Assembly (NCBI GenBank): GCA_027923505.1 | Contig: BROI01000002.1 | Span: 1,054,001 to 1,118,000 of the forward strand | Source: Mayamaea pseudoterrestris | Lineage: Eukaryota | Length of the DNA stretch: 64,000 nucleotides | Direction of reading: 5' to 3' | In this document: one piece after another, positions 35,001 through 44,255 of the stretch | How positions within the stretch are numbered: position 1 is the first letter of the stretch | Layout of the letters: each line of letters begins with the position of its first letter | Notes under the pieces: generated by a model | What the model was told of the DNA's origin: nothing | The model's input: the letters and a program-made list of their open reading frames with translations, nothing else | Databases searched by the model: none | Program-made: the position numbers and the translations under genes

Positions 35001-35967
35001 GATTAAACGCTTAATGTCGACGAAGGAAAACGTTTGCAGTAGTACTGATGATTTATCTGTCAAAGGTGTCGGTGCCTATGTTCTTCAAAGTCAGATCAAA
35101 GCTTTATACGCAGAAGGACATGCTCTTGGTGAAAAGTGTGGTGGCTGGAGCGAGCGCATGGCGAGTATAGGGTTCTCGAACGACATGAAAGAGTCGAACG
35201 CGAAGCTAGGCGCAGAAAGTGTTGCCGAATGTAGGCATTCTTCTCCAACGGCAGCAGACGGAGCACCGAGAATGGTCCATGAAGAAAAGGAAGCGTCAGA
35301 GCCTGTCAACCAAGACTCGATTAAAGAAAAACAAGCCAGGTATCGTGGGCTCGCAAGTCGCTTGGGTGCTGTAGAGTCTGACATTGAAGCAGCGGCGGAA
35401 GCTGAGGATTTTGAAAAGGCTGCGGAAATGCAGGAAGAGCTTGACAAACTGCTTGTGGAGTTACAAGGGCTAGATCTTACTGATGAAGAGATGGAGGCAG
35501 CCTTGGTAGATGGTGATGGACCAATAGATCCGTTGCCTGCCAAAAACGATGACGCGATGGAGTCGACTGTGAATCCAGATTTTCCAGAGGAGCCTACACA
35601 AGCGGAAGTGGACTCCATTGCTACATATAGCGACGAAGAAGGGCTTTCTTGCACCGAAAAGGAAGTTGCAGACGAACGGCAGCAAGAGGACCGGTCACTC
35701 GACGATACGGGCGGTGAAGAGACAACCAAAACCACGCCAACTGAAGTACATGCCTCATCAGTGGCAGCGGTTAATGAGGCGGAAGACTCGCCGGCAGTGA
35801 TGGCGAATGAGTCCGATACAAGGGACCCAGCTAAAGATACGTACGCAGCGATTGAGGCCGATAGTAGCGATGACTCGAAAGGTGAGACGGCTTCGCCTCC
35901 CGCCGAGGACGACGAACCTACGGTCGAGGGCGACGTTCATGAAGAAGATGTAGACAAAGACATTTAA
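32053..35967 (+). CDS. Large coiled-coil protein with UVR (UvrB/C)-like helical motifs and a disordered N-terminus
   Basis: 1304-aa ORF with extensive heptads; AAEQEDFDLAELLQ, AAKRDFKGAG and AAEAEDFEKAAEMQEEL are UVR-like motifs. The real start may be ATG 32191 (MFGGLEIK). Confidence 0.8.
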   Translation: MKEKVEDKVSTDVGQATMAIPAVADASHFLFALYTALFLLFYTLGVMFGGLEIKSAASTAKGKNKDTEAALSSDASSSSATAPSSAFGFLNSSNGTSTAPAPSAFSFMSEADESSPVTDVMIAIASESVETGGATAEGGASAASAFSFLSSTTEPAAAEAKRTRNAAKEFSSDEAASSAGFGFLTSSATNIPSPTETSNANNDSIPPPPPPAEDLLSSPTISSSSFSGAPVLGSSIVFGQQAVGGNSKTIIKRRNRTNKIGQGTPAVSSTGLPEPAAVTLPAPSSLADNNQHIFKSTSKSNILTAAEQATQRAEQFLQAAQTTTGSNDHDIEDDDRSRSIRSVPSDDSVLQKAKAAAMEAQEKIMADSASSSNASTGNKYFASRIGGLFRPRQSESGSSANSSSHGIGTSNGSHNLRSSSSASSMESGVHHKHQQSAVPRSILPPTQQQRKPPMDETSKRSDNIIGAGSMNFVPPPVPDLDRAISAPINLQPLSAPHTPDPYGNAMATALAPIPARRRLKTPTDRFHDMLQEFRDKVISYMDQITRLRQHRSGLLEERFVTLAKERLVVQQIQAAQAQQQLAAEQEDFDLAELLQTVIRNHERERIELATVRDSIAQALEQVDDQRQHIIDAVTMEFSRIQLKLEEFEKEQNSLECTHAAEHVAKFTIVAKQLSTEQERLNHDLKHLERDAKLVTEERKELEAAISEQTSEIELMRDDAKVKLKTVQEEIEELRRQLAAKQQTAAQLRTEAAGHEEAILKVRVKFARQLTRVQRKEMSVKDAREEWEQEKQTYDRNKEEHDRKMTEHSEQLLAQEQLRASLSKEMELAETFGEIIAKEVGLGFVSSDDEVENGDLAQMHTEVVKCEAAVSEAKTVLKTTSATLSNMEDEIKTLETRIPLLEETKKECAAKRDFKGAGVASKEIKEAISRVNECRDAIDDVRARQVSSEEIVVQLEEELAGKRLIAQEYELETNLAVMDRLADKIKRLMSTKENVCSSTDDLSVKGVGAYVLQSQIKALYAEGHALGEKCGGWSERMASIGFSNDMKESNAKLGAESVAECRHSSPTAADGAPRMVHEEKEASEPVNQDSIKEKQARYRGLASRLGAVESDIEAAAEAEDFEKAAEMQEELDKLLVELQGLDLTDEEMEAALVDGDGPIDPLPAKNDDAMESTVNPDFPEEPTQAEVDSIATYSDEEGLSCTEKEVADERQQEDRSLDDTGGEETTKTTPTEVHASSVAAVNEAEDSPAVMANESDTRDPAKDTYAAIEADSSDDSKGETASPPAEDDEPTVEGDVHEEDVDKDI

Positions 35968-36030
35968 CCTACGGTATGGCGTACAATATTTATTTTTGAC
36001 TGTAATAAATGATCATATAAATTTTTAAAG

Positions 36031-37038
36031 TCACGTCGTCGTATACGCCACTGCAGCTGCGTAACTAACGCTTGACTCGTGCACATTCTGGACTGGCAAG
36101 CTCTGCGCATAGCTGACAAAGCTGACCGTCATCAAGTCCTTGCTGTTATTGTCGTCATTAGCTGCAGCTACGGCGTGTAACCAAACCGCGACGGCGTTGC
36201 GTCCGCAAATGGTATTACGCGTCTCTGTCAGATATTGCGCAAAGGCACCAGGCTGCTGCAACTCAATGAGGCTCATGCCTCTCCTGTCCATTCGTCCAAT
36301 AAAAGTGTGAATGGGAATATCATTTGTAGTCGGCATCGGATTAAAACCAAACCGCGAGCCCCAGTGGCAAAAGTCGGTTGACACAACCGTGAGAACAGAC
36401 GGACGCGATACTACGCTAGCGAAGAGTCTTCCAAACGTTACAGAGTAAGCATCCGAGAGCTGACCAACCATGACTGGCAAAACATCAATCTCATGGTTTT
36501 GTTTGCAATCCCGAATAACTTTGGCCAAGAATGGAAACTGCATTTCACCCGAATGCTCGTGTTCATCCACTCGCTTGTTCATGGTCGTAACGAGGGAAGC
36601 CGACGTGGCTGTTGCCAGAATCTCTTGTCGCAGTGCGTCATTTACGACCAAATCTCCCAATGGTGTCTCAAGACGCGTCACTCCAGATACGGCGCATTGG
36701 TTGCTCATGGATACATGGTGCGAAGGGTGCAAGACAAGAATCGTCCGAATCGGCGTCAATGGATCAGCAAGTTCTTGAGCGACGTGGCGATACGAGTAAG
36801 CGGCAGTCGGACCCGAGTAGCTGTAACCAGCATGAGGACAAATGACAGCTCGTAGTCGTCGTTGCTTTGTGGTTCCTTCATTGTCGAGAGATTTATTCGC
36901 CTCGTCGGAAGCAGCATCTGCTAGAAAACCTGAAAGTTGCTGATCAAGTTCATCGGCCGAGTCGGAATACCAGCTTCCGGCATGATGAGCCTTGCGAATA
37001 TAGGATGGAATTGATGAAGACGACTGATGACTTCCCAT
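36031..37038 (-). CDS. MEMO1: MEMO1 / AmmeMemoRadiSam protein B homolog
   Basis: RKAHHAGSWY, PHAGYSYSG, HPSHH, DEHEHSGEMQFPF, STDFCHWG, NTICGRN, SSVSYA. Confidence 0.93.
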   Translation of the reverse strand: MGSHQSSSSIPSYIRKAHHAGSWYSDSADELDQQLSGFLADAASDEANKSLDNEGTTKQRRLRAVICPHAGYSYSGPTAAYSYRHVAQELADPLTPIRTILVLHPSHHVSMSNQCAVSGVTRLETPLGDLVVNDALRQEILATATSASLVTTMNKRVDEHEHSGEMQFPFLAKVIRDCKQNHEIDVLPVMVGQLSDAYSVTFGRLFASVVSRPSVLTVVSTDFCHWGSRFGFNPMPTTNDIPIHTFIGRMDRRGMSLIELQQPGAFAQYLTETRNTICGRNAVAVWLHAVAAANDDNNSKDLMTVSFVSYAQSLPVQNVHESSVSYAAAVAYTTT

Positions 37039-37248
37039 GCTGAAAGGTAAATGAAGGCATTAACAGTAAATGAGCGAACAAATTTGGAAACGGATCGCGA
37101 TGGCGAGAGCGTGACATGATTCGATGTCGCATCGGTTCACAAAAAAACCGACATGAACGAAATGCATGCCATTGTCGCAGCTGCTCAACGGCTATAGCGC
37201 TCCTCTCACAGTCAATACAATAACTACAACTCAATCTACAGCAGCAGC

Positions 37249-37959
37249 ATGTTTGGTGACGCTTGGAATCGAGTCAAAAATGAAGGCGCCAAGGCAAAAC
37301 TCCAAGCAGAATTGAAACTGTTAGACCGAGAGGTCAACAAGCGCCAAAAACTGTTTGGAGTCGACCTTTACGATTTACTTTCGCAGCAAGCGAAACTAGC
37401 ACCCGCTTTCATGTCCAAACTGCAAGCGCAAGTGAAAGAGCCGTATGATCAAGCGAAGCATGACATTACAAAGCTACAAATGGACCGATTGCATCTGCAG
37501 GAGCAGATTGACTTGGTACAATGCAATGCCGATCGAGCTAGACCGGCCTACACAACCAAGGGACACTTGATAAAGGCTGGACAAACAATCAAGGATACCG
37601 GAATTGAAGCAAAACTACAGGCTCAAGTGGTTCTACTGGATCGAAACATCAAAATGCGCAAGGAGACGTTTGGCGTTGATGTGTTTACGCTACTGCAAGC
37701 CAATCCGGAAGCGGCCAAGAATAACTTGATTGGTAACATGGCAGCGAAACTTTCAAGTCGAGAGCAGGAGATACAAAAATGTATCGAAAAGGCCAAGCAT
37801 GATGTAAGTAATACTGATTCCAAATCATGTCGCCTGCCGAAGCGAGACCCTCCCATCTTGTCTCTCATCCATTGCATATGACGACAGGTAACCTTTATCA
37901 TAAAAAAGAAGGAATACAAGGAGCGAGAAATCAAGGAACGAAGCTCTGGTACTTGGTAG
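37249..37959 (+). CDS. Hypothetical helical protein made of two homologous halves
   Basis: KAKLQAELKLLDREVNKRQKLFGVDLYDLL and EAKLQAQVVLLDRNIKMRKETFGVDVFTLL. Intron 37804-37887 (GTAAGT..CAG) gives a VTFIIKKKEYKEREIKERSSGTW* end. Confidence 0.78.
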
Positions 37960-38272
37960 CAAATGACGGTGGAAATGCAACCGCAATGCATGGTGCAAGG
38001 TAGGTGTTGTTTGTGCATCCAAACGAGTCTCATTAACTCCATGGCGACAGGCCAAGAGTCGTTTGTCCACTAGAGCACTGCAGTTACATGCCTTTATACA
38101 AAGTTGCTTATAAGTCTACAATGTTCATGCGTCATGTGGATTCTATACGCATCGAACGTCGTGGACGTGTTTAGTACAACGTCTGTGATCAGCATGGCTT
38201 TCATCCGCAAACGAATGCATCTACCATCTATGCAATAACATCCGTATCAGTACACAATCGTCTAGTTTGAAG

Positions 38273-39166
38273 TTACAATACACTCCTCTTGCTTGCCGTA
38301 TTCTGGTATGGCCGCAGCAAGTACTCATTTTCCGCCTCCTTTTGCTCCAAGGTACCAAGGCGAATCTGGTAGAGCTTCATTTCAAACCGCGGTCCCACCT
38401 CATGTAGTGCCACTTGATCATGGGCTGGAAGACTGTACATGTGATGCCGAAACGAAATGAAATCATTGTTATTGGAAAAGGTAATGACGCGCTTGCTGTC
38501 GGCCCGAGGGACAGGAAAGAGGCACTTCAAAATGGTTGCCACTCGCTGACCCAATGTTGAGTGCAGATTGTTCAAAATCAAGTGCGGATACGCCTCACTC
38601 ATGGGAGCAGCAGGCGGATGCAAGTCATGCCGCAAAACCGCTCCCGAAAGAGAAAAGAAAGCCGTTGGTCCGAGTGGCAAGTGACAAATTACCAAGCCAT
38701 CCGGTTCACCTCTCGTCTCCTGGACAATCACCACATCGGTAAACTCTTGCATGCGACAGGATTCCATGAGATTATCGACTCGAGAGTTTCCGCGATTCAG
38801 TCGTGTACTGTTCGGAAACAGAATGCGAAGTTCTTTGGCAAACTGCGCGAGCCGTGAGGATGGATCCCGACTCGTCGTGATGCAGACGCGTGGCTCCAAC
38901 CATCCAGCTTGCGCATACTCATCATCGATATGTGAATGAACTTCTTGCGTTCTGGTATCTTCTGCATCAATCTGCGGCTTGAGCTTGTCGTAGGACGCTC
39001 TCACTTCGGTTGGAAGGATTGTTCCGGCCGCCAAGGCTTGTCGAACCAGTCGCTTTTGCTCGTATTCAACTTTCTCCCGTCCTTCCAACGACTTGCGATA
39101 CAAGTACTCACGGCGAAGACGAGTCTGCCGACGACGAGACGCTGATTCAGAAGAAACGGGAGGCAT
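38273..39166 (-). CDS. IMP4: U3 snoRNP protein IMP4 (Brix domain)
   Basis: RRQTRLRREYLYRKS, DDEYA, ITTSRDPSSRL, RGEPDGLVICHLPLGPTA, SEAYPHLI, ISFRHH, EVGPRFEMKLYQI. Confidence 0.95.
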   Translation of the reverse strand: MPPVSSESASRRRQTRLRREYLYRKSLEGREKVEYEQKRLVRQALAAGTILPTEVRASYDKLKPQIDAEDTRTQEVHSHIDDEYAQAGWLEPRVCITTSRDPSSRLAQFAKELRILFPNSTRLNRGNSRVDNLMESCRMQEFTDVVIVQETRGEPDGLVICHLPLGPTAFFSLSGAVLRHDLHPPAAPMSEAYPHLILNNLHSTLGQRVATILKCLFPVPRADSKRVITFSNNNDFISFRHHMYSLPAHDQVALHEVGPRFEMKLYQIRLGTLEQKEAENEYLLRPYQNTASKRSVL

Positions 39167-39371
39167 GTTACTATATGAGTGATGAAGTAAATAATGATGC
39201 AGAAATGTGAGAATCGGCGCGGCGACGAGCGACGGTTGGCTCTCGAATCGTGTCGCTTTGAAACCGCTACGACTCAAGTTCACGTCGCGGGACTGACTGC
39301 CCACCATCCGCCGTCACGCTTTCGCTTGCTTGCGACCATGACGATCCGTGCACACATTGCCTTGCATAACC

Positions 39372-40238
39372 ATGCCTCCATCTCCAAGCCGAAATGAAGA
39401 ATTAACAGTAGAAGAACATGTGAGACTGAAGAAGAGCATCAATGGCCCGATCACGCAGGAAGGTGATCGCCCGCAGAAGAAATTCTATCGGCAACGCGCG
39501 CATTGCAATCCTTTGAGCCACAATGATACACTCGACTATCCGATTCGACCTTCCGACATGGATTGGACGACGGAACTTTATCCAAGTCTAGATGCAACGC
39601 AAGCTCCTACAGTTCTTGATGTTGGTTGCGGATTTGGCGGACTCTCCATGGCGCTCGCGACACTGCTACCCGACCACATCATACTCGGCCTTGAAATTCG
39701 CGTCAAGGTGACCGAGTATGTCAGACTCCGCATCGCCCATGCCCGTCAACAAGAAAATACGCATCATAACTGCAGCGTTCTTCGAACGAACTCCATGAAG
39801 GTTCTTACCAACTACTTTGCGCAAGCATCCATTCACAAGTTGTTCTTTTGCTTTCCGGATCCTCAGTTCAAGCGCAAGAACCATTGTCGTAGAATTGTCA
39901 CTGACAGATTGCTTTCGCAGTATGCCTACGTTTTGAAACCAGGCATTGGTCGATTGTATTGTATCACCGACGTAAAGGAGCTTCATGACTGGCACGTCAA
40001 GCACTGCGACGCGCACCCATTGTTTCGACGAATCGTAGTCGACGATGAGGGATTAACTGTAAACGATCAAATTCAAAGCGACGTAGATCCATGCATTGAA
40101 GTGATGCGAACCGCGACAGAAGAAGGGAAAAAGGTGGAGCGAAACCAAGGAAGCAAGTACTTTGCTGTGTACAAGAGGATTGCCAACCACGAGGCGAGTA
40201 AAGTTACGGCAAGCAACTTTTTTGGTATGAAAGCGTGA
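39372..40238 (+). CDS. TRM8: tRNA (guanine-N7)-methyltransferase catalytic subunit
   Basis: PQKKFYRQRAHCNP, DVGCGFGGL, GLEIRVKVTEYV, FFCFPDPQFK, TDVKELHDW, TEEGKKVERN. Confidence 0.95.
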   Translation: MPPSPSRNEELTVEEHVRLKKSINGPITQEGDRPQKKFYRQRAHCNPLSHNDTLDYPIRPSDMDWTTELYPSLDATQAPTVLDVGCGFGGLSMALATLLPDHIILGLEIRVKVTEYVRLRIAHARQQENTHHNCSVLRTNSMKVLTNYFAQASIHKLFFCFPDPQFKRKNHCRRIVTDRLLSQYAYVLKPGIGRLYCITDVKELHDWHVKHCDAHPLFRRIVVDDEGLTVNDQIQSDVDPCIEVMRTATEEGKKVERNQGSKYFAVYKRIANHEASKVTASNFFGMKA

Positions 40239-40353
40239 GTGATTCTTGTTTACTTAAACATGTATCGACAAACACTTTATTTATCAACACTAGACATTAA
40301 TCATATTCCATTTAAAGCAGCAGCCACATTCACTATTAACATATCCCCTTTCT

Positions 40354-42462
40354 TTAGTCGAGATCAAAATCCTCTTCAGTCTGCTGCGTGACACTGTCAT
40401 TCAAAGTCGCGGCTGCAACTTGTTCGTCACTGCTGACTTCATCTGTATTCCTTGTGGCAGAGGCAAAAGAAACATTCTTGTCATCTGATCCCTCGCCATT
40501 GCTGGCCGCATGTGGACCCATATCTTTAGCCGACCCAATATGATCACCAGCAGCTCCAGCTCCAGCTGCTGGATCAGTAGAAGAGACGCCATCAGGAGAC
40601 GCAGCGGCGGGGGTAGCCACATCGTCGCGGCGCCAGGCGTACTTTAATATGATTGAGTTCGTCTCAAACTCATGCTCGGCATCCATTAAAATTAGCCAGA
40701 TAACTCTCATCAGAGCCGTTTGCGCTTCGTTCAAGCCTTCGTGTTGCCACTTGTCAGAGTGTAAAAAGCTTTTGGTTCGTTTTAAAGCTGACTTTAGCTT
40801 GGACGGGTCAATTACCCGAGTTTCAGCTATGAGGAGGCTTTCGTATTCGATTGGCCGAATCTTGGAGAAGTAAGGATGCCACAACGGCGCGTCCGCAGTA
40901 GGTAGAAAACGTGGTAAAAGACAGACAAGCAGCTCAAGGGGATGGAGGATTGGTGCGGCATGGTCGAGAGCATAAAAGGTGGCGATAATTTCCACATCCA
41001 CGGGCGTCAGGTTTTCGTCATTGATCCTCTTGGAAGTCCAAACCTTTGGAACAAATTGCCATGGACCCGTAGACGAGTTTTCTTCCTCGTCTTGCTCTCG
41101 ACTTTGTCGTTCTTCATGCTCTCGCCTTTGCTGTTCTTCCCGTTCTCGCTCTTGGGCCTGGAAGCGTCGTATTTCCTCGGCGGTCTGGGCATCAAGAACA
41201 CTTATAAACCTGAATGTTCCGACCACGAACACTAACGCTAGGCAACAAAACACGGATTCAAAAGAATCTGTGGCCATTCTCGCCAATCCAATTCCAGCAA
41301 GTAACAAAAGCTGCAATAGCCAAATGCAAATATGGGGCAAGACAATCACCTTTCCGGCCAGAAAATCGACCGCTCGATGCAACTGACTACCAATCGCAAT
41401 CACAAATTCTTCTGGCGTCGTGGTCCGAGGAGCATTGCTGCTCGACTCAAGGATTGGACGTTGGAGCGTGACTGGAGTCGCGAGCGGACTACCGGTAGTG
41501 TTGGCGCATACATTGTTGCTTCGAAAGTTGTAAACAATCAACTCCTTGCCGGCTGCGTCGGCCTTTGCATTTGCAGCTTCCTTGGCGCGAAAAAAGAGTT
41601 CCGTCGTCACCGCCTTGTTATGGTCCGAAAAGGCCACGAAATTCGGGTCGTGAATGGACTTGTTGACTGCCACAGCCTTGGAAACATAGAATGCTGATGA
41701 TGAATGGTCTGCAGGTATCCAGACCATATTTCCATCGGCATTGTCGAATTTTGACAACGGAGGCTTTGCCTTGTTGGGTGATTGGGAAGCGCTTGCATGA
41801 TAGAAGGTAACGTTTGCTTCAATCGCGTCAACGCCCGATGGAGCGTCTAATGGTTCCCACACTTTTTCCATTAGGGTGATTGTCATCGTCTTGGCATGTG
41901 TGGACGGGACATGGCGTGTGTGCGCTTCGTGCAGTGCAAAGAAACGAGGGACCGAAAAGTAGACAAAGGCGTTCGCCCGAGCTCGCGCAGTCGGATCGTC
42001 CAGCAAGCTAATCTGCGACTGGTGCCAGAACAATGGTCCGCCAGAATCAAGCGCGAAATAGACTGGGAGCGCATCGTAGAGTGCAACGTGAGTGGAGGTT
42101 GAATTACTCGTGGAGTAGACTCGTTTGTTGGACTTGGTGTCGTTGTTCGTAGTAACGGTAGCCACGACTGTCGGCGCTGAATCAGCTCCGCTAACACGAC
42201 TGGTCTGAGTGTGGAACTTGCCAGTCGGAGGATCGCTTGTAGCCGCAGCGGCTCCGTAGCGATAGAGACGCGTCGTGTTGTTCGCGTGTGAAACGCAACT
42301 GCAGCTGCAGCTGCAGCTGGTAGCTTGACGAGAAGCTTCAACAAAGGAGTCTTGAGTATTTTCAATCGCCGCCGTTAGCGCTCCTGGCATGAAAACAAGC
42401 AGGAGGGCCATGGCCATGACGGCAATCGTCTTGGCGCTGATAGAAATCTTGGTTCGGAGCAT
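40354..42462 (-). CDS. Signal-peptide/membrane protein with a degenerate auxilin-type J-like domain
   Basis: N-terminal hydrophobic leader, two central TM segments, charged coil, then YFSKIRPI...KLKSALKRTKSFLHSDKW...LMRVIWLILMDA. Confidence 0.65.
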   Translation of the reverse strand: MLRTKISISAKTIAVMAMALLLVFMPGALTAAIENTQDSFVEASRQATSCSCSCSCVSHANNTTRLYRYGAAAATSDPPTGKFHTQTSRVSGADSAPTVVATVTTNNDTKSNKRVYSTSNSTSTHVALYDALPVYFALDSGGPLFWHQSQISLLDDPTARARANAFVYFSVPRFFALHEAHTRHVPSTHAKTMTITLMEKVWEPLDAPSGVDAIEANVTFYHASASQSPNKAKPPLSKFDNADGNMVWIPADHSSSAFYVSKAVAVNKSIHDPNFVAFSDHNKAVTTELFFRAKEAANAKADAAGKELIVYNFRSNNVCANTTGSPLATPVTLQRPILESSSNAPRTTTPEEFVIAIGSQLHRAVDFLAGKVIVLPHICIWLLQLLLLAGIGLARMATDSFESVFCCLALVFVVGTFRFISVLDAQTAEEIRRFQAQEREREEQQRREHEERQSREQDEEENSSTGPWQFVPKVWTSKRINDENLTPVDVEIIATFYALDHAAPILHPLELLVCLLPRFLPTADAPLWHPYFSKIRPIEYESLLIAETRVIDPSKLKSALKRTKSFLHSDKWQHEGLNEAQTALMRVIWLILMDAEHEFETNSIILKYAWRRDDVATPAAASPDGVSSTDPAAGAGAAGDHIGSAKDMGPHAASNGEGSDDKNVSFASATRNTDEVSSDEQVAAATLNDSVTQQTEEDFDLD

Positions 42463-43179
42463 GACGGTTATGATTACCAGCGCAATGACGGACTGGGAGT
42501 GAGAGGACAAATGGCTTGGAAGGCTTGCTTGTCGTACTTGATCGAGCGAAATGAACTATGAATACTTTGCGCTGTCGGAAAAGTGAGCTGTACGAGTATA
42601 CTGCCTGCGACGAGCTTGGGACTGGTCGATCGTGAAACGACCCGTCGTCGTGATGAGCGAAAGAAACGGACCGCACGAGCCGTTGGAATGACTCGTGCTT
42701 CATGGCGAAGGTGCGGGTCATTGCTGAGGTATGAATGCAGTAGTAAGATTAACTGCTTGAGTGTCTTGTCAATTGTAAATTTATTTCTGTAGCTGGAATC
42801 GATACTATTGGGAGCTACAGCCGAGAAGCCGTCGCAGCATTTCCATCATGGTCGAGTCGATTTTTGTGACGATTCCCGATGAGTCGTGGTGAGACGCTTT
42901 GTATGTGTTTTGGCGATTGCCGCGGAAATGGCCGTATGACGAAAGAGGTGCCTTCGGTGCTACAACGCTTGGTATAACATACGTCGATTGGATGCCTTTT
43001 ATACACAATGGAGATCGAACAGATAGTAGTTCTTGATCTATATGCAGAGCTAGCGGGTCATCGCACGACCGTATCGTCATGCAGTGCCAATAAACTACTT
43101 CGCCTTGCAGCAATGACAGCTCCATCACAGTCACAGTCGCACAAGTATATTAGAATCTATATTCTATACATAATTCGTA

Positions 43180-43838
43180 TCATGCATGGTTTCCTTGCGT
43201 GTATATCCAAGCAGCATTGTGGGGTGCTTGACCTGGCCCAAGCGCTTGGACTGGACATTGCACTCCGATAAACTGCCAATGCGCATTATGCAGAAAGATG
43301 CATGAGTGAATGACTGCGACACAAGCGTTGCGATACCTTCAAGCCAAGGTAGATCGTTGCGAGTCATGTTTATACGTACATACACCGTCTTGTTCGCTTC
43401 GTTTCGCAAGGGCGAGAGGAAGAATTCGTTGGCAAACGGTGTACCATCCTTGCGATAGTTCAACAGATTGACCTCGACAGACTCTTGGTTCTGAATGGCT
43501 TTTCGGATCCTCTCAATGTCGTTCTTGTTGGTTTCGTCACCTTGAAGGAAGCGACAGTTGCGACCTTCGATTTCTGTCGACGAATAGCCAGTCAACTTGC
43601 AGAATCCATCGGACGAGAATATGATGGGTAAATCTTGCTTGGATGGATCACATACACAGTAAGCCACACTCTCATGTCCAGGACTATTGAGCATGGCAAT
43701 CAAAGTGGCGTCCGTCTCACTTAGCTCATGGGTCGGGTTGAAGGCTTTGGCTGTAAATGGTGTCGACAAGGATGGATCGGGAGAAAGGATCGAGCCAACG
43801 AGCGTCGAGATCATGCCGGATACGTCCGAGATTGACAT
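43180..43838 (-). CDS. Short stand-alone LOV (PAS) domain protein, putative blue-light sensor
   Basis: DPSKQDLPIIFSSDGFCKLTGY...GRNCRFLQG...LLNYRKDGTPFANEFFLSPLR. Intron 43379-43273 (GTACGT..CAG) restores YFIGVQC and ends GPGQAPHNAAWIYTQGNHA* at 43180. Confidence 0.92.
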
Positions 43839-44255
43839 GCTTGTGAAGAGAAAACCTAGGTTTTAGATTAAGATACGTCGACCAACTGGCAATGCAAGTA
43901 TAATTGATCCTTGTGGTCATTGGCGTACTTCCAATGGCCTTGCTGGTGTCAAGGGAGGATTCGCCGTCGATTACCGCTACGAGTTCATCTGCTGAGTGAA
44001 ACGAAACGTGCACTCGTCGCCTGAGCGTGCAACCTGCAGTAGCTTCTAGAACAAGAAGGAATGTGATGGATAGTTACAACATGATCATCGAAGATAGAAT
44101 TAGCAGCGACGAAGCTTACCGCTTTGATGCCTCCCTCAACGTCGATCTTGCGGGGAATCAAAGTAATGTCGCAGTGGTGATCAAGTCGCTACTCCTATAC
44201 GGTTTTGATTTTCGCAGCCATCAACACATTCGTCGCGTTCTTTCCAATTTTGACC

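Noticed and set aside
33972..35735. Long antisense ORFs (363 aa and 214 aa) opposite the coiled-coil gene, and similar shadow ORFs such as 25326-26105
   Set aside because: Ser/Leu-rich mirror translations of E/K/A-rich coding sequence or alternate frames of real genes; no motifs.
43180..44200. Calling the LOV gene an aureochrome
   Set aside because: No bZIP basic region or leucine zipper found upstream before the divergent methyltransferase gene.
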